Assembly (NCBI RefSeq): GCF_009914755.1
Contig: NC_060934.1
Source: the human T2T-CHM13v2.0 reference genome, Homo sapiens
Direction: 5' to 3' (one strand)
Length of the DNA: 64,000 bases
The first letter of the stretch is position 1, and the number at the start of each line of letters is the position of its first letter. The notes beneath the pieces are model-generated. The model did not search any database. It worked only from the letters and a program-made list of their open reading frames with translations, and was not told the DNA's origin. Made by a program: the position numbers and the translations under genes. Shown here one piece after another: positions 1 through 23,030 of this stretch.

Positions 1-19
1 TCTACACAGAAAAAAAAAA

Positions 20-743
20 TGGAACAGAGATCTAACAGAAAGCTCACCAAAAAAGCAATGGAACCACTCTTAACCACTGAAAAGATGTTCAACCTCACTC
101 ATTATAGGAAAGAAATGCAAGTGCAAACCAATATGAGATACTATTTCTCATTCACCCAAATGACAAATATACAAAAGTCTGACAAGACACTCAGCAAAGC
201 TGTGAGAAAAAACTCTGATGCACTGGTAAGTGATATCCAGCAATATTACACACAGATTTACTTTCTGACCCAGTAAGCTCACTTTTAGGAATGTATCTCA
301 AAAAATCACTGGCAAAAATACAAAACCATATGTACACAGTTATTCACTGCAGCACTATCTATAATAGCAGAAGACTGGAAACAACCCATATAACTATCAA
401 TAGGAGACTGTTTGAATAAGCTATAATATCTCCACACAATAGAGTATTATACTGCCATAATAAGGACAAGGAATTCAAGGAATTTCTCTGTTACCATGAC
501 TCCATGATCTCCAGAATATTGCTAAGGTGAAAAAAAAAATGTGGGAAAAAATGTGTATAATATGCTACTTCTTAACAGAGGGAAATATGAAAATGCATGT
601 TTTTTTAAAGGAAAAACAAACCTTGGCATTAAAAAAAAAATCACATACAGGAGGAGAGGTAATAAATAGGATAGAGAAAACATGGACAGTAGATAGAATC
701 CCTTAAGCATATCTTGTTTCACAGATTTCTCTTTGGAACTACA
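20..743 (+). mobile_element. Ancient L1M 3' fragment (host of Tigger1; appears to continue at about 4438-4850)
   Basis: Degraded L1 ORF2-end/3'UTR motifs (agaaatgcaagtgcaaaccaatatgagatacta; ttattcactgcagcactatctataatagcagaagactggaaacaacc). Confidence 0.7.
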
Positions 744-1158
744 TACAGGCACACTGCAAAGATACTGCGGTTTTGGCTAGAGACAGTGTATATATAAAAG
801 TTATGTTTATATTATGCTGTAGTCTATTAAATGTGCGATAGTACTATGTCTAAAAAAACTAGGTACATGCCTTAATTAAAAATACTTTATTGCTTAAAAC
901 AGAATGCTAACCATCTTCAGAGCCTTCAGAGAGTCCTAATATTTGTGTGCTGGTGGAGGGCTTTGCCTCCATATTGATGGCTGCTGACTGATCAGGGTGG
1001 GATTTTTGAAGGTTGGGGTAGCTGGGGCAATTTCTTAAAATAAGACAACAATGAAATTTGCTGCATCTATTGACTTTTGTTTTAACAAGATTTCTCTATG
1101 GCATGCGATATTTGATAGCATTTTACCCTCAGTAGAACTTCTTTCAAAACTGAAATCA

Positions 1159-1612
<454 letters not shown>

Positions 1613-2824
1613 TCAATCCTTTCAAGCACTACCGATGCTTTATCAACTAAATTTATGTAATATTCCAAATCCTTTGTTGTCATTTCAACAAGGTTCACAG
1701 CGTCTTCAGCAGGAGTAGATTCTATCTCAAGAAACTATTTCCTTTGTTCACCTATAAGGAACAACTCATCCATTCAAGTTTTCTTGTGAGATTGCAGCCA
1801 CTTCTTCGGGCTCCAATTCTAATTCTCATTAGTTCTCTTGCTGTTCCCACCATATCTGCAGTTACTTCCTCCACTGAAGTCTTGAACCCCTCAGCATCAT
1901 CCATGAGGGCTGGAATCAACTTCTTCCAAAATCCTGTTAATGTTGATATTCTGACCTCCTCCCATGAATTACTAATGTTCCTAATGGCATCCAGAATGGT
2001 GAATCCTTTCCAGAAAGTTTTCAATTTACTTTTCCCAAGTTCATCAGAGGAATCACTATCTAAGGCAGCTATAGCCTTACAAAATGTATTTCTTAAATAG
2101 TAAGATTGGAAAGTCAAAATTACTCTATGGGGCTGCAAAATAAGTATGTGTTAGCAGGCATGAAAACAACATTAATCTCCTTATACATCACCATCTTAGA
2201 TGACTAGGTGCACTGTCAATGAGCAGTAATATTTTGAATGGAATCTTTTTATCCGAGCAGGTCTCAACAGTTGGCTTAAAAGATTCCATAAACCATGCTG
2301 TAAACAGATATGCTGTCATCCAGGCTTGGTTGTTCTGGTTAAAGAGCACAAGCAGAGCAGATTCAGCATAATTCTAAAGGGCCTTAGGATTTTCAGCATG
2401 GCAAATGAGCACTGGATTCAACTTAAAGTCACCAGCTGCATTAGCCCCTAACAAGAGAGTCAGCCTAGCCTTTGAAGGCCAGGCATGGGCTTCTCCTCTC
2501 TCCCTGTAAAAGCCCTAGACGGCATCTTCTCCCAATAGAAGACTGTTTCGTCTACATGGAAAATCTGATATTAAGTGTAGCAACCTTCGATAATCTTAGC
2601 TAGATCTTCTGGGTAACTTGCTGCAGCTTCTACATCAGCACTTGCTGCTTTACCTTGCACTTTCACGTTATAGAGATGGCTGCTTTCCTTAAACCTCATG
2701 AACCCGCTGGCTTCCAACTTTTCTTCTATAGCTTTCTCACCTCACCTCTCTCAGCCTTCACAGAACTGAACAGTTAGGGCCTTGTTCTGAATTAGGCTTT
2801 GGCTTAAGGGAATATTGTGGCTAG

Positions 2825-3441
<617 letters not shown>

Positions 3442-3449
3442 TGGTTTGA

Positions 3450-3897
<448 letters not shown>

Positions 3898-4865
3898 TAG
3901 CTAAAGTTTGCAGCAAGAGGCTTAACGTTTGGCCTATCTCAGCTTTTGACTTGCCTTCCTCGCTAAGCTCCCATTAGTAGTTTTTTATTTTAAATGAGAA
4001 ACACGCAATTCTTTCACTTGAACACTTAGAGGCCAACATAGGGTTATGAATTGGCCCAATTTCAATATTGTTGCATCTCAGGCAATAGGGAGGCCCAAAG
4101 AGAGGGAGAGACAGAAGGAATGGTCAGTTGGTGGTACAGTCAGAACATACAACAATTACTAAGTTCACCATCTCACATGAGTGCAGTTTGTGGTGCCCCA
4201 AAACGATTACAGTAATAACATCGAATATCACCATAACAGATACAGTAATAATAAAAAGGTTTGAAATATTTTAAGAATTACCAAAATATGACAGAGACAT
4301 GCAAAGTAAGCACATGCCCTTAGAAAAACGGCACCAACACTTGCTCGATGCAAGGTTGCCAGAAACCTTCAATTTGTAAAACACGCAGTCTGCAAAGCGC
4401 AGTAAAGCAAAGCACAATAAAGAGAAGCATGCCTGTAAATAATTCACACAATTATAAAATAAAATTTAAATTTAAAAAGGAATTACCCCAAAGTAAAGGT
4501 AAATTAATCAAATGAGCCTAACTGTGCATCCAATTAGTGGCCTAAACCAGAGAGAAACCACTCTACAAGTGGCTTCAAAGCACAGTAATTCGATTGTACA
4601 TTCTTAATAGGATTTACCATTAGAATAAAAGTAATTGAAAGAGGGGAAGGAAAAACTGAAATTGTTTTTAGTCTCTTTATTGCTGGTGTTAATACTGAAA
4701 TTATTACCGATACTGTTATTTGCATAGGGTGGGATATAGCAAATCATTAATTATGTCACTGAGAACTGAAATTTGGGGCATGGTTCAAAATAGATTTTGA
4801 CATAAGAAAATCCAGGTTAAGAAAGAATCCTTTAGTTCTAGATTTAAACTAAAAGCACCAGTTTA

Positions 4866-5168
<303 letters not shown>

Positions 5169-5319
5169 TTAAACCTAAAATGTATTTATCACATCATAAT
5201 ATCCCAGCTCTGTCCAATGAAAAGATCTAAGAATAAAGACTGTCTAGCAGCCATGGAGCACCACCTATAATCCGTATAGTGATGCACCTAAAACAGGCTG
5301 TGTATCAAAAGGTACCTGG

Positions 5320-5530
5320 TTACAATTTGGTGACTATAGTTAATAATAACTTATTGTATACTTGAAAATTGCTGAGAGTAAATTTTAAGGTTCTCACCAC
5401 AAAAAGAAACTTTGTGAGGCAATGTATGTTAATTAGCTTAACTTAGACATTCCACAATGTATGCACATTTCAAAAAATATTGTACATCATAAATATACAC
5501 AATTTTTATATGTCAATTTTAATAAATAAA
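5320..5530 (+). mobile_element. L1MA-type 3' end
   Basis: gtgactatagttaataataacttattgtatacttgaaaattgctgagagta...tatgtcaattttaataaataaa. Confidence 0.75.
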
Positions 5531-5779
5531 CAACAAAACAAAAAAGCCACCGAGGAATTTTCTAGGGTCATGTCAAAAGGACTCAATGTAAGGATCAATG
5601 AGGATCATAACTTCAATGGAATGAAACACACAAAATGTTTACATTTAAGACTTCATAACAATATTAAAAAGATAAAAACAAACCAAAAAGTCACTAGCGA
5701 CTTTTGTAGGATGCTATGGATCACCTCATTTTTTTCTTGGATGAGGAAGGGAGGTCAGCATTAATATTAAGTACGAAAT

Positions 5780-6825
<1,046 letters not shown>

Positions 6826-7134
6826 TTAATTTTAAAGACAGTGTCTTTCTCTGTACCCAAGGCTGGAATGCAGTGGCACGATCATAGTTCACTGCAGCCT
6901 TGATCTCCTGGGTTCAACTGATCCTCCCACCTCAGCCTCCTGAGTTGCTGGGACTGATAACAGTCTAATAACCCCACTTAGATAACAAAACAAGGGTCCC
7001 ATGTGCATTTTTTTAAGTTTTCTACCATTTTGTTTCCATGTCTTTAACTCTCCTCCCATTCCTTCTAGAAATGTCACATCTGTCACAACATATTTGTCTT
7101 TTATAGCTTTTAACTTATCTCTAATCCAAACCTA

Positions 7135-7497
<363 letters not shown>

Positions 7498-8220
7498 TTA
7501 TTCCATATGATCTAAGATCTAATCAAAGATTGTTCATAGCTGTTAACAGTCATATTTCTATTTCATATCCTTAAATACAGAACACACTCCCAATCCTGAC
7601 CCTTTTCTCCTTTCAAAACATAGAAATTATTTTTTAAATCCAGGTATCTTGTAAAAAAAATCCTACAACCTGGATTCATCTGATTGTTTCCTCATGATTA
7701 GATTCAGATTGAACATTGTGTCAAGAATACTATATATTAATAGCTGATGCTGTGAACTTCCCCTTACAAATAATGGAACATCTAAAATAACGTTGCACAG
7801 CTATTTCCAGAGTTTTCTTCCCATCATTTTCTTCCAAGCTGCCAACACCAATTCTGCAAACGCTGATGAAGCTAATTTATTGATTTTACCAGAAGATGTC
7901 AAAAAAATGTTTTACAACAAAAACTTGGCTTCTATCCTATCCTCAAATGGTCCTTAAATGGTTTGTTGTTCAAAAGGTTACGGGTGCAATAATCCAGTTA
8001 AGCCACAAGGAAAAACAACCAAATTCACATAAGCACAAACAATGACAAATATGCCATGACCGCTGACTGGCTGATGACTTTTTAAGGACATGATTACTTG
8101 TAAAGTGTTTCCCAATTTCAGAGATACTAAGTAGGGGAGGGGCAGTTACTAGAATTCATGAAATACAGTATATAAGAAACACTTCTCAATTTAACGGCCT
8201 TTTAAAAAATAAAGTATGTT

Positions 8221-8580
<360 letters not shown>

Positions 8581-9687
8581 TTAATACCTGTTGCAGGAAT
8601 AATTTTATACACTATGAAGTACACAAAAACTAACATCTACTTTGCTGAAGGCCAACAAACGGGCTGGTTGGTTAGAGACCTGAGAAACCTTCCAGGAAGA
8701 ATCCATAATCACTCTGTGGGGAGAGATGAGAGGATCAGGGAAAAAAGAGCACATGGGCCAAATGCTGGTTCATTACTGACAAATAATCTATTAAGTACAG
8801 AGTCATGGGGACTAGGGCATACATATATGCAATGCCTAGCTACCACTAAAAGGATCTAATTTTCTCCAGCAGAACGCCTATTCCAATAAAAGTGAAAACT
8901 AAAAAGAAATCCTACCAGGTTATGGCAAGTATCCAGCAAAAAAAATAAATTTTTTGCATGACAATTCAGGTTGAGACCTTTCATTATAAGCTTTAACACA
9001 GCCCCTCCCTACCACCTCCCACTTAAGCAACTACTAAGAGGTCTGGAAGCCCATTCATTCCCAGCAACATCTAGGGAAGCCTCTGCTGCCTGTGGTGTCA
9101 CACAGTTGTGACTGACAGGAATGCCAGTTGGGGCATACTCTCTTCTTTAACGGGAGAGCTACACAGAACAATCAACTGCTAGCATACTTACTCAGTATAC
9201 AGAATTCCAAGTTTAACTATAATGTAGAATATTTTTAAGCCTTTTCGATTCAATCTGTATCCCCAGGGTATTCCCAATAACTAGATAATTAGCCTCTGAA
9301 ATTTTAAGTTTTACCACAGCTATAGCCTAAGACAATGACGCTTTCCCCAAACTCTTTTACCATCCTACACCATACTACAAGGCTTACATTTCAAAAACAG
9401 TCTTAATGCAAAACCTGAAAAACCCCAGCTCTAGAAAGAACTACATTTCAACACATAATCTGTTATATACTTAAGTATTACTAATAGAAAATAGCTCTAT
9501 TAGTCCAAAACATTTGCTTCCTTCCATTAACTCCTTCCATGTTAACAAGTTATCTTCTCATATAATTTTAATTCTTCTTAAAAGGAATTATATAGCAAGA
9601 GCCATGATGATCAAGAATATAGCTTGGGCAAATACTCTCACGTACTACTAAAAAAAATACAATCAGATAATGTATATCACAATATTT

Positions 9688-9711
9688 ATACACACACACA
9701 CACACACACAC
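9688..9711. repeat. (CA)n microsatellite
   Basis: Direct reading. Confidence 0.9.
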
Positions 9712-9865
9712 TTCATTACAAGAAATTCACCCAAAAGACATAAATGGCCAAATGCAAAAAATCTGTATGTTCAAGGATATTCATGCCACCTTTATTTACA
9801 ACACCAAAAAAACTAGAAGAGATCTAAATAGCCAATGACAAATTATTAAAAAATTAATATACTGG

Positions 9866-10186
<321 letters not shown>

Positions 10187-10204
10187 TCATCTAGTCAATA
10201 AAAA

Positions 10205-11208
<1,004 letters not shown>

Positions 11209-11508
11209 AGTCAGGCACAATGGCACACACCTGTAATTCCAGCAATTTGTGAGGCCCAAGTGGGAGGATCACTTGAGTTCAGGAGTTCAAGACCAGCCTG
11301 AGCAGCACAGCAAGACCTCGTCTCTACAAAAAATTTAAAAATTAGCAGGGTGTGGTGGTGCACACCTGTGGTCCCAGCTACTTGGGAGGCTAAGATGGAA
11401 GGATCACTTAAGCCCAGAAGGTTGAGGCTGCAGTAAGCCATGATCACACCACTGCATTTCAGCCTCGGTGAAAGAGTTAGACCCTGTCTCCAAAGGAAAA
11501 AAAAAAAA
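11209..11508 (+). mobile_element. AluJ
   Basis: Diverged Alu consensus. Confidence 0.9.
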
Positions 11509-11693
11509 TTATTCTATACCTAATTTTAAATACACACACACACACACACACAAATGTTCTAAAAGGAAATATATTGATACATGAGTGGTTATTTCTGAGT
11601 TGTGAGATATGGGTAATTTTTAATATTCTATTTTTCTGTATCCAACTTTTTCAACAACCATTACTTGAAGGGAAAAAAATATTTTTACTAATA

Positions 11694-12328
<635 letters not shown>

Positions 12329-12539
12329 TCTTGATAGTATCTTAGTGGAAACCGACAACATGTATTTGTGTAAACAGTGTGACCTAATTTTGTCTGATAT
12401 AATTAGTACCTGTACAAACTAATATGCCAGACAATGAGAAGATAGGCATGTAAATAGTTGGATTATGAGTGATTTATGTTTTCATCCTTTCCCTCTTGTG
12501 ACATTTTCCAAATGATCCACAATAGCCACGTAACATTTC

Positions 12540-12785
12540 TGTTGCAACCATCTTGCAGATACCAGGAAACTAAGAATACGGCTAATAGTACCTCCCTACC
12601 ACCCCACCAAAACTGAGGGTGAAAATGTAAAGAATGTGAATCCTTGATGATACTGAGCTGAAGAATTAACCCTAACTCTAACCCTAAATTCCTACCTTGG
12701 AATTTGTTACATGAAATAATAAATGCTCCTTACTGTTTAAGTTAACTGAGTTGTATTACTTATAGCCAAATACACCCTAAATGAT
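12540..12785 (+). mobile_element. Old MaLR/ERVL LTR 3' fragment (MLT1J/K-like)
   Basis: aataaatgctccttactgtttaag...ttacttatagccaaatacaccctaa LTR-tail pattern. Confidence 0.5.
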
Positions 12786-13039
12786 TTAACTTTTATATGG
12801 GAGGAGAAAGTACTTTCATAAAAAGGGTCTTGGCTGAACCAGAAAGTAACAATTTATAATAATACCCCCTAGTTACACAGACAAAAGATCTACTAAAGTA
12901 ATTCTCAAATTACTGAGGCTGTTTTCTAAACTAGTCCAGTAATTTATAGCTGGTTATGTTACTCATTAAAATGTTACCTGAGAAATCACTCTAGTTTGCC
13001 TTTCCCACAAGGCAATTATATTTTAAACTGTATTAAATA

Positions 13040-13422
13040 TACAGTCGGCTTGGGCTGCCATTAACAAAATACCACAGACTGCATGGCTTCAACAAGAGAA
13101 ATGTATTTTCTCACAGTTCTGAAGGCCAGGAAGTCCACAATCAAGGTTCCAGTAGGTTCTGGTTCTAGCAAGGGATTTCTTCTTGGCTTGCAGACAGCCA
13201 CCTTCTCGCTGTGTCCTCACATGGCAGAGAGAGACCAATCTCTGTTGTCATTTCCTCTTTTATAAGTACCCTAGCTCTATGGGATCAGGGCTCCAGCCTT
13301 ATGACCTCATTTAACCATATTCACCTCCTTAAAGGCCCTAGCTCCAACACAGTCACATGGTGGGGGAGACGGGTTTGAGGCTTCAACATAAGGATGGCAG
13401 GGGGACACAATTCTATTCACAA
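13040..13422 (-). mobile_element. MLT1A/B-type MaLR solo LTR
   Basis: gggctgccattaacaaaataccacagact...ttctcacagttctgaaggc...ggggacacaatt. Confidence 0.85.
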
Positions 13423-13518
13423 TTAGAATAATCTTTAACTTCAAACATTAGGAAATGATGTCTTCTTACAAATACTTGACGGCAATACTGTTAACAGTTA
13501 CATATAATTAGTATTTAA

Positions 13519-14237
13519 TTTTCTTTTTCTGGTGTTTTTGTTTTTGAAACAGAGTCTCACTCTGCTGCCCAGGCTAGAGTGCAGTGGTGCAATCCATCTC
13601 AGCTTACTGCAATTCTGCCTCCCAGTTTCAAGCAATTCACATGCCTCGGCCTCTTCAGTAGCTGGGATTACAGGTGGGTGCCACCACACCCAGCTAATTT
13701 TTGTATCTTTAGTAGAGACAGGGTTTCCTCATGTTGCCCAGGCTGGTCTCAAATTCCAGGCCTCAAGTGATCCACCTGCCTTGGCCTCCCAAAGTGCTGA
13801 GATTAGAGGCATGAGCCACCACACCCAGCTTAGTTTTCAAAGCATTTTCACATAGTAACCTAAGCAGGTATCTTGGTTTCACAGATGAAGGCACTAATGA
13901 AAGCTCACTGATACTGATCTTTACACAACTCTTAATCTTATTACTTTTTTTTTTTTTGAGAGAGAGTCTTGCTCTGTCACCCAGGCTAGAGTACAGTAGC
14001 ACAATCTCAGCTCACTGCAACCTCCATCTCCTGCGTTCAAGCGATTCTAATGCCTCAGCCTCCTGAGTAGCTAGGATTACAGGTGACCGCCACCACACCC
14101 AGCTAATTTTTGTATTTTTAGTAGAGACAGGGTTTCACCATCTTGGCCAAGCTGGTCTGGAACTCCTGACCTCGTGATCCACCCACCTCAGCCTCCCGAA
14201 GTGCTGGGATTACAGGCATGAGCCACCGCACCCGGCC
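13519..14237 (-). mobile_element. AluJ (13519-13829) and AluS (13945-14237)
   Basis: Alu consensus; the second has TSD aactcttaatctt. Confidence 0.9.
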
Positions 14238-14329
14238 AACTCTTAATCTTTCACATGCACCTGAGGTATGGGAACTTCATTTTACCTAATGTTCTAAACA
14301 TCAGAATCAGTTTAGGGAAAGGGAAGAGG

Positions 14330-14820
14330 AAGGAGCAGAGGACAGGGTTCCAAGCAGAATGAAATGAACAGTATCTGTTTAAAGGTGAGTAAGCCTACGA
14401 CAGTAGACCCAATGGGGGAATATACCACAAGGCTCCAGAAATACTATAGGCCCTTGAGAGCATTTTAGGGAATGTGGATTTCATTGTAAGTCTAGTGGGG
14501 AAACACTAAAGAATTTTTAGGAAGAAAAAATATGACTAGTTTCAGGCTTTAGAAACATCACTTCAGCTGCAGTTTTATAAACTAGATTGTGGAAATCAGA
14601 GGCCACAAAAAAGGAGACAAGGATTCTGTTGCAATATGTATTCTGTGACACATAAACAAGAAAGACATCTTTAAGTGAAATATCCCACTTAGCCTAGCAA
14701 ACAATGAGGAAAAAGAAATTTGTAGTGGTTAAATAACTTGCCCAAGATAACACTGCTAGGAAGAATAGAACCGCTACGTCTCCCAAAGACCACGGTCTGC
14801 CACTATGCCACACTGCCTCC
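14330..14820. mobile_element. L2 fragment followed by MIR fragment
   Basis: L2-like ggaatgtggatttcattgtaag...; MIR core ggttaaataacttgcccaagataacac. Confidence 0.55.
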
Positions 14821-15130
14821 ATTTATAATTCTAAAAATGAACAAAGTATAATTCTAATGTGGCCTCTATGATGAACCACTCCAAGTCATCATTAACTACT
14901 CTGCATACCGCATGAATTTTAATTCACTGGGAGGGTAAAGAGCGGAGACTGAGAAAGTAAATGTTCTCAGGATAACTGAGCATGTTTTTGATCTATGAAA
15001 CAATTGATGTTCTACACATAGGGTTCTATAAATGGAAGAAACAAAAATTAAACATTTAACACGTTTCTAGGTTATCCTTCACTGAAGTGACAAAACCACA
15101 TCTTTAATTCATGCCCAAATAAATTTAACT

Positions 15131-15935
<805 letters not shown>

Positions 15936-15999
15936 AAATTCAAGATTCTATGAATACTAGCAAAAGTACCTTGTCCTTCCATCGATTGTATTTCCTCAC

Positions 16000-16381
16000 T
16001 GCTGTAGTTTAGATGTTTGTCCCCTCAAACCTCATGTTGAAATATGATCCCCAATGCTGGAGGTGGATCCTAATGGGAGGTGTCTGGGTTATGGGGGAGG
16101 ATCCCTCATGAATGGCTTGGGGTCCTCAGGTAAATTCTTGCTCTACTACTTCCAAAGGGCTGGTTGTTTAAAAGGGTCTAGCACCTCCCCACCTTGCTTC
16201 TTGCCAAGTGATCTCTGCAAATGTCAGCTCCCTTCCCTTCAGCTACAAGTAGAAGCAACTTGAAGCACTCATCAGAAGCAGATGTTGGCACCATGCTTCT
16301 TATACGGTCTGCAGAACCACAAGTCAAATAAATTACCCAGCCTGAAGTATTCCTTTGTAGCAACACAAACAGACTAAGACA
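16000..16381 (+). mobile_element. MST-family MaLR solo LTR
   Basis: TG...CA termini (tgctgtagtttagatgtttgtcccc...gactaagaca) with perfect 5-bp TSD ctcac. Confidence 0.92.
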
Positions 16382-16883
16382 CTCACTTAAACCAGCTTAC
16401 AACACAGTTTCACAGAATAGTCTTAGCTATCTCCAGCCTAGTGATTCATTAATCACATTTTCCAAATCAAAAATCAGGACCAGTATGACACTACCTGACA
16501 AATTACGTGTATCCTAATTTCTTAATCTATTCTGGAAGAGTATAAAACTTACAAAACTGTAAGTATCAATTAATCTCTACTGTAATCAATTGAATTTTCT
16601 ATGCTACTGCTATTCCAAAAAATCTGAGATGTGAACAAAGGGATATTCTGTTCACACAGAAACAAGAGACAAAAAATAATAATTTATTAATAAATTATCA
16701 CATCAGATCCCAGGCAAATAGGTAATTTAATCACTTAGAAATCTAAACACCAATTAACAGGATACAAAAGCATTTTTAAAAAGGCATTCACCTCAGTATA
16801 TGGGCCACACCAATACAGTTTTGGTCCATCATCAACCACTACCATTAGATTCTAGCATAGTAATTAAAATTCAGGCTGTATAA

Positions 16884-17100
16884 CAAAGATCAAGAAACTA
16901 TGTCCCTGCTCAGGCCAAATACTTCTCCCCATTTTTGCAAATAACATTTTACTAAAACATAGCCACATCCATTCCTTACATATCATCTATGGTTTTCTTA
17001 CTACAATAGCAGAGTTGAGTAATTGTGTCAGACCATATGGCATGCAAAGCCTAAAATATTTACTATCTGGCCCTTTACAGGAAACACCTGCCCACTCTTG
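16884..17100. mobile_element. MER58A (hAT-Charlie) MITE
   Basis: gcagagttgagtaattg...gcaaagcctaaaatatttactatctggccctttacag. Confidence 0.8.
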
Positions 17101-17157
17101 CTCTAGAAAAGTGATTCTCAACTCTAGGTGGACATCAGCACTACCTGGTGAGCTTTT

Positions 17158-18412
17158 ATTCTTTTTATATCAACCATATATTTTATTTCATTTTTTAAAT
17201 AAATTTTATTGTATATATTTAAAGCATACAACATGATGTTATGGGATTCATATAGAAAGCAAAATGGTTACTGCAGTGAAGCAAATTAACATATATATCA
17301 ACCCACATAGTTACCTTTTTTTTTTTTTTTTTGGTTTGTTTTTGTGGCAAGGACAGCTAAAAATCTATTCATTTAGCAGGAATTCCAAATATAGTACAAT
17401 TTTATTAGCTACAGTCCTCTTATTAGCTACATGTTACACATTAGATCTCTAGGCTCTTTCATCCTACATACTTGCTATTTTCTTACCCCTCACCTACATT
17501 TCCCATTCCCCACCCACTTGCTCCTGGTAACCCACTCTTTTATTCACTCTGTATATTTGACTCTTTTTTTTTATTTTTTTTAAGATTCCACATATGAGAT
17601 CATGCAATATTTGTCTTCCTGTGTCTGGCTTATTTCACTCAGCATACTGCCTCCAGGTCATCCATGTTGTGGCAAATGGCAGTATCTGCATTTTAAGGCT
17701 GAATAATATTCCATTATATATGCATATCACATGTTCTTTATCCATTCATCTATCAGTGGACATTCAGGTTGTTTCCACAGCTTGGCTAATGTAAATAACA
17801 CTGCAATGAACATGGGAGTGCAGATATCTTTATAAGGTGATCTCACTTCCTTTAGGTATATGCCCGATAAGGAATTGCTGGGTCATATAGTACTTCTATT
17901 TTTCATTTCTTTAGCAACCTCCATACTATTTTCCATCATGGCTGTACCAATCCACACTCCCACCAACAGTGTACAAGGGGTCCATTTTCTCCACACCCTC
18001 GCCAACATTTGTTATCACTTCACTTTTTTATGACAGCCACCCTAAGGGGTGTGAGGTGACGCCCACAGTGGTTTTGATCTGCATTTCTGCATGGCTAATG
18101 CTGTTGAGTACCTTTTCATATACCTGTCAGCCATCCTTATGTCTTCTTTGAAAAAACATCTGTTCAAGTCTTTTGCCCATTTTCTAATCAGATTATTTTT
18201 CTATTATTGAATTATATGAGTTCTTCATGAATTTTAGATATTAATCCCTTATCAGATAAATGGTTTGCAAATATGTTTTCCCAGACCATAGGTTGTTACA
18301 TTTTGTTGATTGTTTCCTTTGTTTTGAAGAAGCTTTTCAGTTTGACGTCATTCCATTTATTTATTTTTGCTTTTATGGCCTAAGCTTTTAGTGTGGAATC
18401 CAAAAAGAAAAT
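17158..18412 (-). mobile_element. L1MA-type 3' fragment inserted into a MER5-like element (17108-17157, 18413-18530)
   Basis: L1 3'UTR/ORF2 motifs; flanked by 35-bp direct repeats. Confidence 0.85.
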
Positions 18413-18671
18413 TCTAGCTGGACACCAGCACTATCTGGTGAGCTTTTTAAAAAATTCCAGAGCCTGAGACCCAATCTAACCCTCTCCCCCTAAAAAGATG
18501 CCAATTTCATTGGTCTGGGGAGAGGCCATTAGCTATTGATATACCAGTACAAAAATGTGTACAATTAAACAAGAAAATTCAAAATACAAAAATCAGGGTT
18601 TTACCATATAATATAAAAGATAAAGGCAAGACATTAATATACAGACCACAGAGTACTACATAATAAATTAG

Positions 18672-19454
<783 letters not shown>

Positions 19455-21244
19455 CTAAAACTTCCATGTGACTATAAAAGGAATGTATTGCAATTCTCCT
19501 CAGTGATGTAAATATTAATATATCACACATTCTTCCCACCTTGCAGCACCGTACCTCCTCACCCAAAAAGCAAAAATGAGAGTGGCAGGATTTTCATAGA
19601 GATAGTACCATGCTGCCTTTCTTCTTCTTCTTTGTGGTAGTGGGGCAAGGTAGGAGAGGTAGGATGGGTGGAAGAAATACCCAATTGAGTTGAAAAAAAA
19701 AATAGCTCTATATACCACAAGACATTAATAAACACTAACAATAAAGCCACTCATACAAGCAGTCCCCAAGTTATGACAATTAGCTCATACAAAAGTGATT
19801 GATTCAGACCTATAACTCATTTATCTTATATTTAACCACTCATCCAGTGGTTTCTGTTGATTATGCCAAACGTGTCTAGACAAATGAACAGAATATGTCA
19901 GGACATAGCAAAAGCACAATTTCATCTTACCAGTGTTAAATTTAAAACACGGTTTCTATTTTCAAATCTGGGAAACACTGATCCGATCTTCTACAGTTTA
20001 GTGACAGCAGTTCAAGTATGTTTTTGACTAAGACTTCATCTCCTCCACCTTCCCTGGCACTTGACACTACTCACAGCTCTCCCAAACATGCCTTGCTATC
20101 TTTCTGTTCCTACTACCTATATATATCCCTTGCCTCCCAATCCCCCTTCCCCTCAACTCTTTAAATTAATGACTCGGCTAAACTCATTCTTTAGGAGAAA
20201 CTTTGCCTGAGAACCCCCAAACACTACTGTTCCTTAGAATTCTCTCTAAAAGTTCCTTTCAAAAAGAGATCATTTTCAACCCACGTCATATGTATTTGAA
20301 ATTTATAAAGACTACACATATAAAAATACCAACAATCTGTAATGCAGAAGGTTATGATAGAACATCAAAATTAACATCAAAAGACATGCACCTCATGCCA
20401 CAACAGTATATAGCCAGAGAAACTGGAATCCCTTTCCTCTCCTCTTCCCTCTTCCCTTCCCTGTTCTGCCCACGCAGCCAGCTAGCAGTCAAGCTTTATT
20501 CCTATTCTCCAACCCACTGCTCTGCCAATCAATTCAATTGTGGAGGAGTAAAAGCTGGAAAGTGTCAGAAACCAACTGTGTACTAACAGCTGAAAAAGAG
20601 GGGGTCTATAGATTCACTTCTGTGACTGCAAATTACCTTCTGTAGGCGCATTAGCTTTATGCTAGGGGAAAATAGATACCGGTTAAATAAGCCTTCTTTG
20701 GGTTCTCCTTTTCCCGCAGCCACCCATATCTCCTTCACCAAGGCTTGCTGATTCTTATCTTCCTTTTCAATCTTACTACAGCTATCTCAATTCATGAAAT
20801 ACTCTTTACAGTGAGACAAATGTGACAGTCCTCTAACTGGTCACTGTCCATCCAGTCTCTCCCTTCTCCAATCCATCCCGTACCAATGTAAGATGAATCT
20901 TCCCAAAGCACATCCTTTGTACAAAAACTGGAAAGGCAGAAAACAAGCATACAGTTTGAGGGGAGAGGATAATAGCAGTATGGGGAGAAGAAGAAGAGAC
21001 ATTTTAGGTTTGACTTTTAATACAACTGTATTGACCCTTTTATAGGAACATATTACCTAAATGCTTTAAAAAAAAAAAAAGCTGCTTGACATATTCTCTT
21101 TCCATAAGCAAACTTCTGACTGCCCAAACTAAAATCAAAACCCTTTCAAAAATAACAATTATTTTTCTTCCATACAGAACATTTCCTCATTTAACTATAC
21201 ATACTATAGACCAATTTTCTTTTTCTTAGATTTAAGGCTTTTCA

Positions 21245-22076
<832 letters not shown>

Positions 22077-22089
22077 GATTTTAGAAAAA

Positions 22090-23030
<941 letters not shown>

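Noticed and set aside
1744-2138. Tigger transposase-like ORF as a domesticated TIGD-type gene
   Set aside because: It is only a fragment; the rest of the frame is broken by Alus and the start codon appears mutated.
16631-16657. Short inverted repeat tgtgaaca...tgttcaca
   Set aside because: 8-bp arms are within chance expectation for 64 kb.
19925-19975. Possible minus-strand cryptic micro-exon ending at CTG|GTAAGA
   Set aside because: The donor is good but the acceptor has a weak pyrimidine tract; such sites are expected by chance in 36 kb.
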